NCBI RefSeq assembly: GCF_044704955.1
Contig: NW_027254445.1
Coordinates: forward strand, 310,001-374,000
From: Pristiophorus japonicus
Taxonomy: Eukaryota
Reading direction: 5' to 3'
Length of the DNA stretch: 64,000 bases
The position numbers and the translations under genes were made by a program. Positions 61,292 to 64,000 of this stretch are shown piece by piece (the first letter of the stretch is position 1; each line of letters begins with the position of its first letter). The notes under the pieces were generated by a model. It was not told where the DNA came from. It worked only from the letters and a program-made list of their open reading frames with translations, and searched no databases.

Positions 61292-62622
61292 TGCTCACAG
61301 CAGTCCCAGTGTGAAGTTGTACAGAAACATTCACTGATATTTATGCTCACAGCAGTGCCAGTGTGAAGTTGTACAGAAACATTCACTGATATTTATGCTC
61401 ACAGCAGTGCCAGTGTGAAGTTGTACAGAAACATTCACTGATATTTATGCTCACAGCAGTGCCAGTGTGAAGTTGTTGTACAGAAACATTCACTGATATT
61501 TATGCTCACAGCAGTGCCAGTGTGAAGTTATACAGAAACATTCACTGATATTTATGCTCACAGCAGTGCCAGTGTGAAGTTGTTGTACAGAAACATTCAC
61601 TGATATTTATGCTCACAGCAGTGCCAGTGTGAAGTTGTTGTACAGAAACATTCACTGATATTTATGCTCACAGCAGTGCCAGTGTGAAGTTGTACAGAGA
61701 CATTCACTGATATTTATGCTCACAGCAGTCCCAGTGTGAAGTTGTACAGAGACATTCACTGATATTTATGCTCACAGCAGTGCCAGTGTGAAGTTGTTGT
61801 ACAGAGACATTCACTGATATTTATGCTCATAGCAGTGCCAGTGTGAAGTTGTACAGAGACATTCACTGATATTTATGCTCACAGTAGTGCCAGTGTGAAG
61901 TTGTACAGAGACATTCACTGATATTTATGCTCACAGCAGTGCCAGTGTGAAGTTGTTGTACAGAGACATTCACTGATATTTATGCTCACAGCAGTGCCAG
62001 TGTGAAGTTGTACAGAAACATTCACTGATATTTATGCTCACAGCAGTGCCAGTGTGAAGTTGTTGTACAGAGACATTCACTGATATTTATGCTCACAGCA
62101 GTACCAGTGTGAAGTTGTACAGAGACATTCACTGATATTTATGCTCACAGCAGTGCTAGTGTGAAGTTGTACAGAGACATTCACTGATATTTATGCTCAC
62201 AGCAGTACCAGTGTGAAGTTGTACAGAGACATTCACTGATATTTATGCTCACAGCAGTGCCAGTGTGAAGTTGTACAGAGACATTCACTGATATTTATGC
62301 TCACAGCAGTGCCAGTGTGAAGTTGTACAGAAACATTCACTGATATTTATGCTCACAGCAGTGCCAGTGTGAAGTTGTTGTACAGAAACATTCACTGATA
62401 TTTATGCTCACAGCAGTGCCAGTGTGAAGTTGTACAGAAACATTCACTGATATTTATGCTCACAGCAGTGCCAGTGTGAAGTTGTACAGAGACATTCACT
62501 GATATTTATGCTCACAGCAGTGCCAGTGTGAAGTTGTTGTACAGAAACATTCACTGATATTTATGCTCACAGCAGTGCCAGTGTGAAGTTGTTGGACAGA
62601 AACATTCACTGATATTTATGCT
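61292..62622. repeat. 52/55-bp minisatellite, about 25 highly homogeneous copies
   Basis: Unit gctcacagcagtgccagtgtgaagtt(gtt)gtacagaaacattcactgatatttat. Confidence 0.97.
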
Positions 62623-62665
62623 GTAAATGAATCATTGACTTTCTGTTTCTGCACCATCTCCCTAG

Positions 62666-62709
62666 GCCCCCCGCTGGAGAGTTTAACACGGTGTATGCAA
62701 CAGTCAGTG
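62666..62709 (+). CDS. Cytoplasmic mini-exon carrying an ITSM (TVYATV)
   Basis: Strong acceptor ttctgtttctgcaccatctccctAG|, donor G|GTAAGA. The phase-2 start matches the TM exon donor and reads GPPAGEFNTVYATVS; TVYATV fits T-x-Y-x-x-V/I. Confidence 0.78.
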
Positions 62710-63319
62710 GTAAGAAACCCAATTCATTACTCATTCCGCTGATTAGTCCGAATAATGTTTATTGTTTTGTGATGTTTCTAAAAATCAATCGGATGAATCT
62801 TCTACTTATTGTTATCTCTGAAAAATGGAATACTTTCCCATTTCAAGCACTCAATAGCTGCATCAAGCTGGTGAAGATATAGGAGAGTCAGCTGTGGAGT
62901 AAAGCTCCCTCTGTCGGGCATCACTAATGTGCCTCACCCTCAGACTTGGAACAGAGCTCACCACTGGAACAATTTCGACTTCAATTCTTGCCACCTCTCT
63001 CAGCAATGTTGATGTTTAGTGCCCAGTGAGGGATGTGTTGTACTGAGATCTGTAAGAGCCACGTGGAGACGGACACACAGACACAATCTCCATCCCTCCA
63101 GCCACGGCCGATTTCAAACCCACTCCCACTGGTGAGCAGACAGAGTTCAGTTACCCCCATTGGAACGTTAACCTTGGAGTTGGTGCTGTGTAGATGTGTT
63201 GCAGCTCACTGCTCCCAGGTGAAGCAATGGACACAGGGTCAAGCTACTTCATATGTAAACATTTAATGCTGCATTTATACCACACAAACCGGACTCATGA
63301 TGTAGTACACTTGGGGAGC

Positions 63320-63625
63320 GACGCAGTGTGTGTGGGGAGCGACACTGTGTGTGTGGGTGTGTGTGTGTGTGTCGGGGGGGGAGTGTATGTTTGGGGAGTG
63401 TGCACGCGTGTGGGGAGTGTGTGTGTGTGTATGGTGTGAGTGTGTGTGTGTGCGGGGAGTGTGTGTGTGTGCGGTGAGTGTGTATGTGTGTGCGGGGAGT
63501 GTGAGTGTGTGCGTGGGGGGGAATGTATGTTTGGGGAGTGTGCACGCGCGTGGGGAGTGTGTGTGTGTGGGGAGTGTGTGTATGTGTATGGGGTGTATGT
63601 GTGTGGGGAGTGTGTGTGTGTGGGA
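63320..63625. repeat. (TG)n/GGGGAG low-complexity microsatellite
   Basis: Visible TG runs interspersed with ggggag. Confidence 0.9.
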
Positions 63626-64000
63626 AGTGCTGCAGTGTAGGATAGGCAAGCAGAGTTATGGATGAGCTAAAGTTTATGTTCGGCGGAGGATGTGAGGCCA
63701 ACCAGGAGAGCACTGCAATAGTCGAGTCTTAAAGTGATAAAGTCAGGGTGAGAGTGTCTGCAGCAGGTGGCCAGAGATGGCCGATGATTTTTTAATCGTT
63801 CACAAAGAGCATTTATTGCCCTTGGGAAGGTGCAGCCCGTGAGGTGATGCTACTCCCACAGTGAGTATATTTCTTGGTCGCAGTTTGTTACAACTGTGTG
63901 TCTTGCTCGGTCATGTCAGAGGGCAGTTAGAACTCAACCACATTGCTGTGGTCTGGAGTCACATATAGGCCAGATTTCATTCCCCAAAGGACATTGGGGA

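Noticed and set aside
61292-62622. CRISPR-like regular array
   Set aside because: Units are contiguous and near-identical with no unique spacers; eukaryotic context and no cas genes.

Overview
Repeat-dense vertebrate genomic DNA. The repeat content (abundant CR1 LINEs with (TTCTATGT)n/(TTCTTATG)n tails, Gypsy LTR elements, Tx1, L2 and tRNA-SINEs) suggests a cartilaginous fish; this is an inference. Most of the window is nested transposon debris and minisatellites. Threaded through it on the + strand are five spliced exons that the ORF track does not connect: three germline-joined, antigen-receptor-like VJ-type Ig domains (15849-16202, 44204-44548, 51549-51896), a transmembrane exon (53697-53841) and a 44-bp cytoplasmic exon with an ITSM, TVYATV (62666-62709). 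All junctions are AG/GT and phase-compatible (1-1-1-2-1), giving about 411 uninterrupted codons of a V-V-V-TM-ITSM receptor. I found no RSS, no C domain and no leader in the window. Other highlights: CR1 copies carrying an ADAR-type A-to-G hyper-editing signature, repeated Tx1 insertions at one AGCTGTTG site inside an LTR, an intact two-ORF CR1, a Gypsy provirus with both LTRs and a TSD, and a decayed ERV with an env-like remnant.
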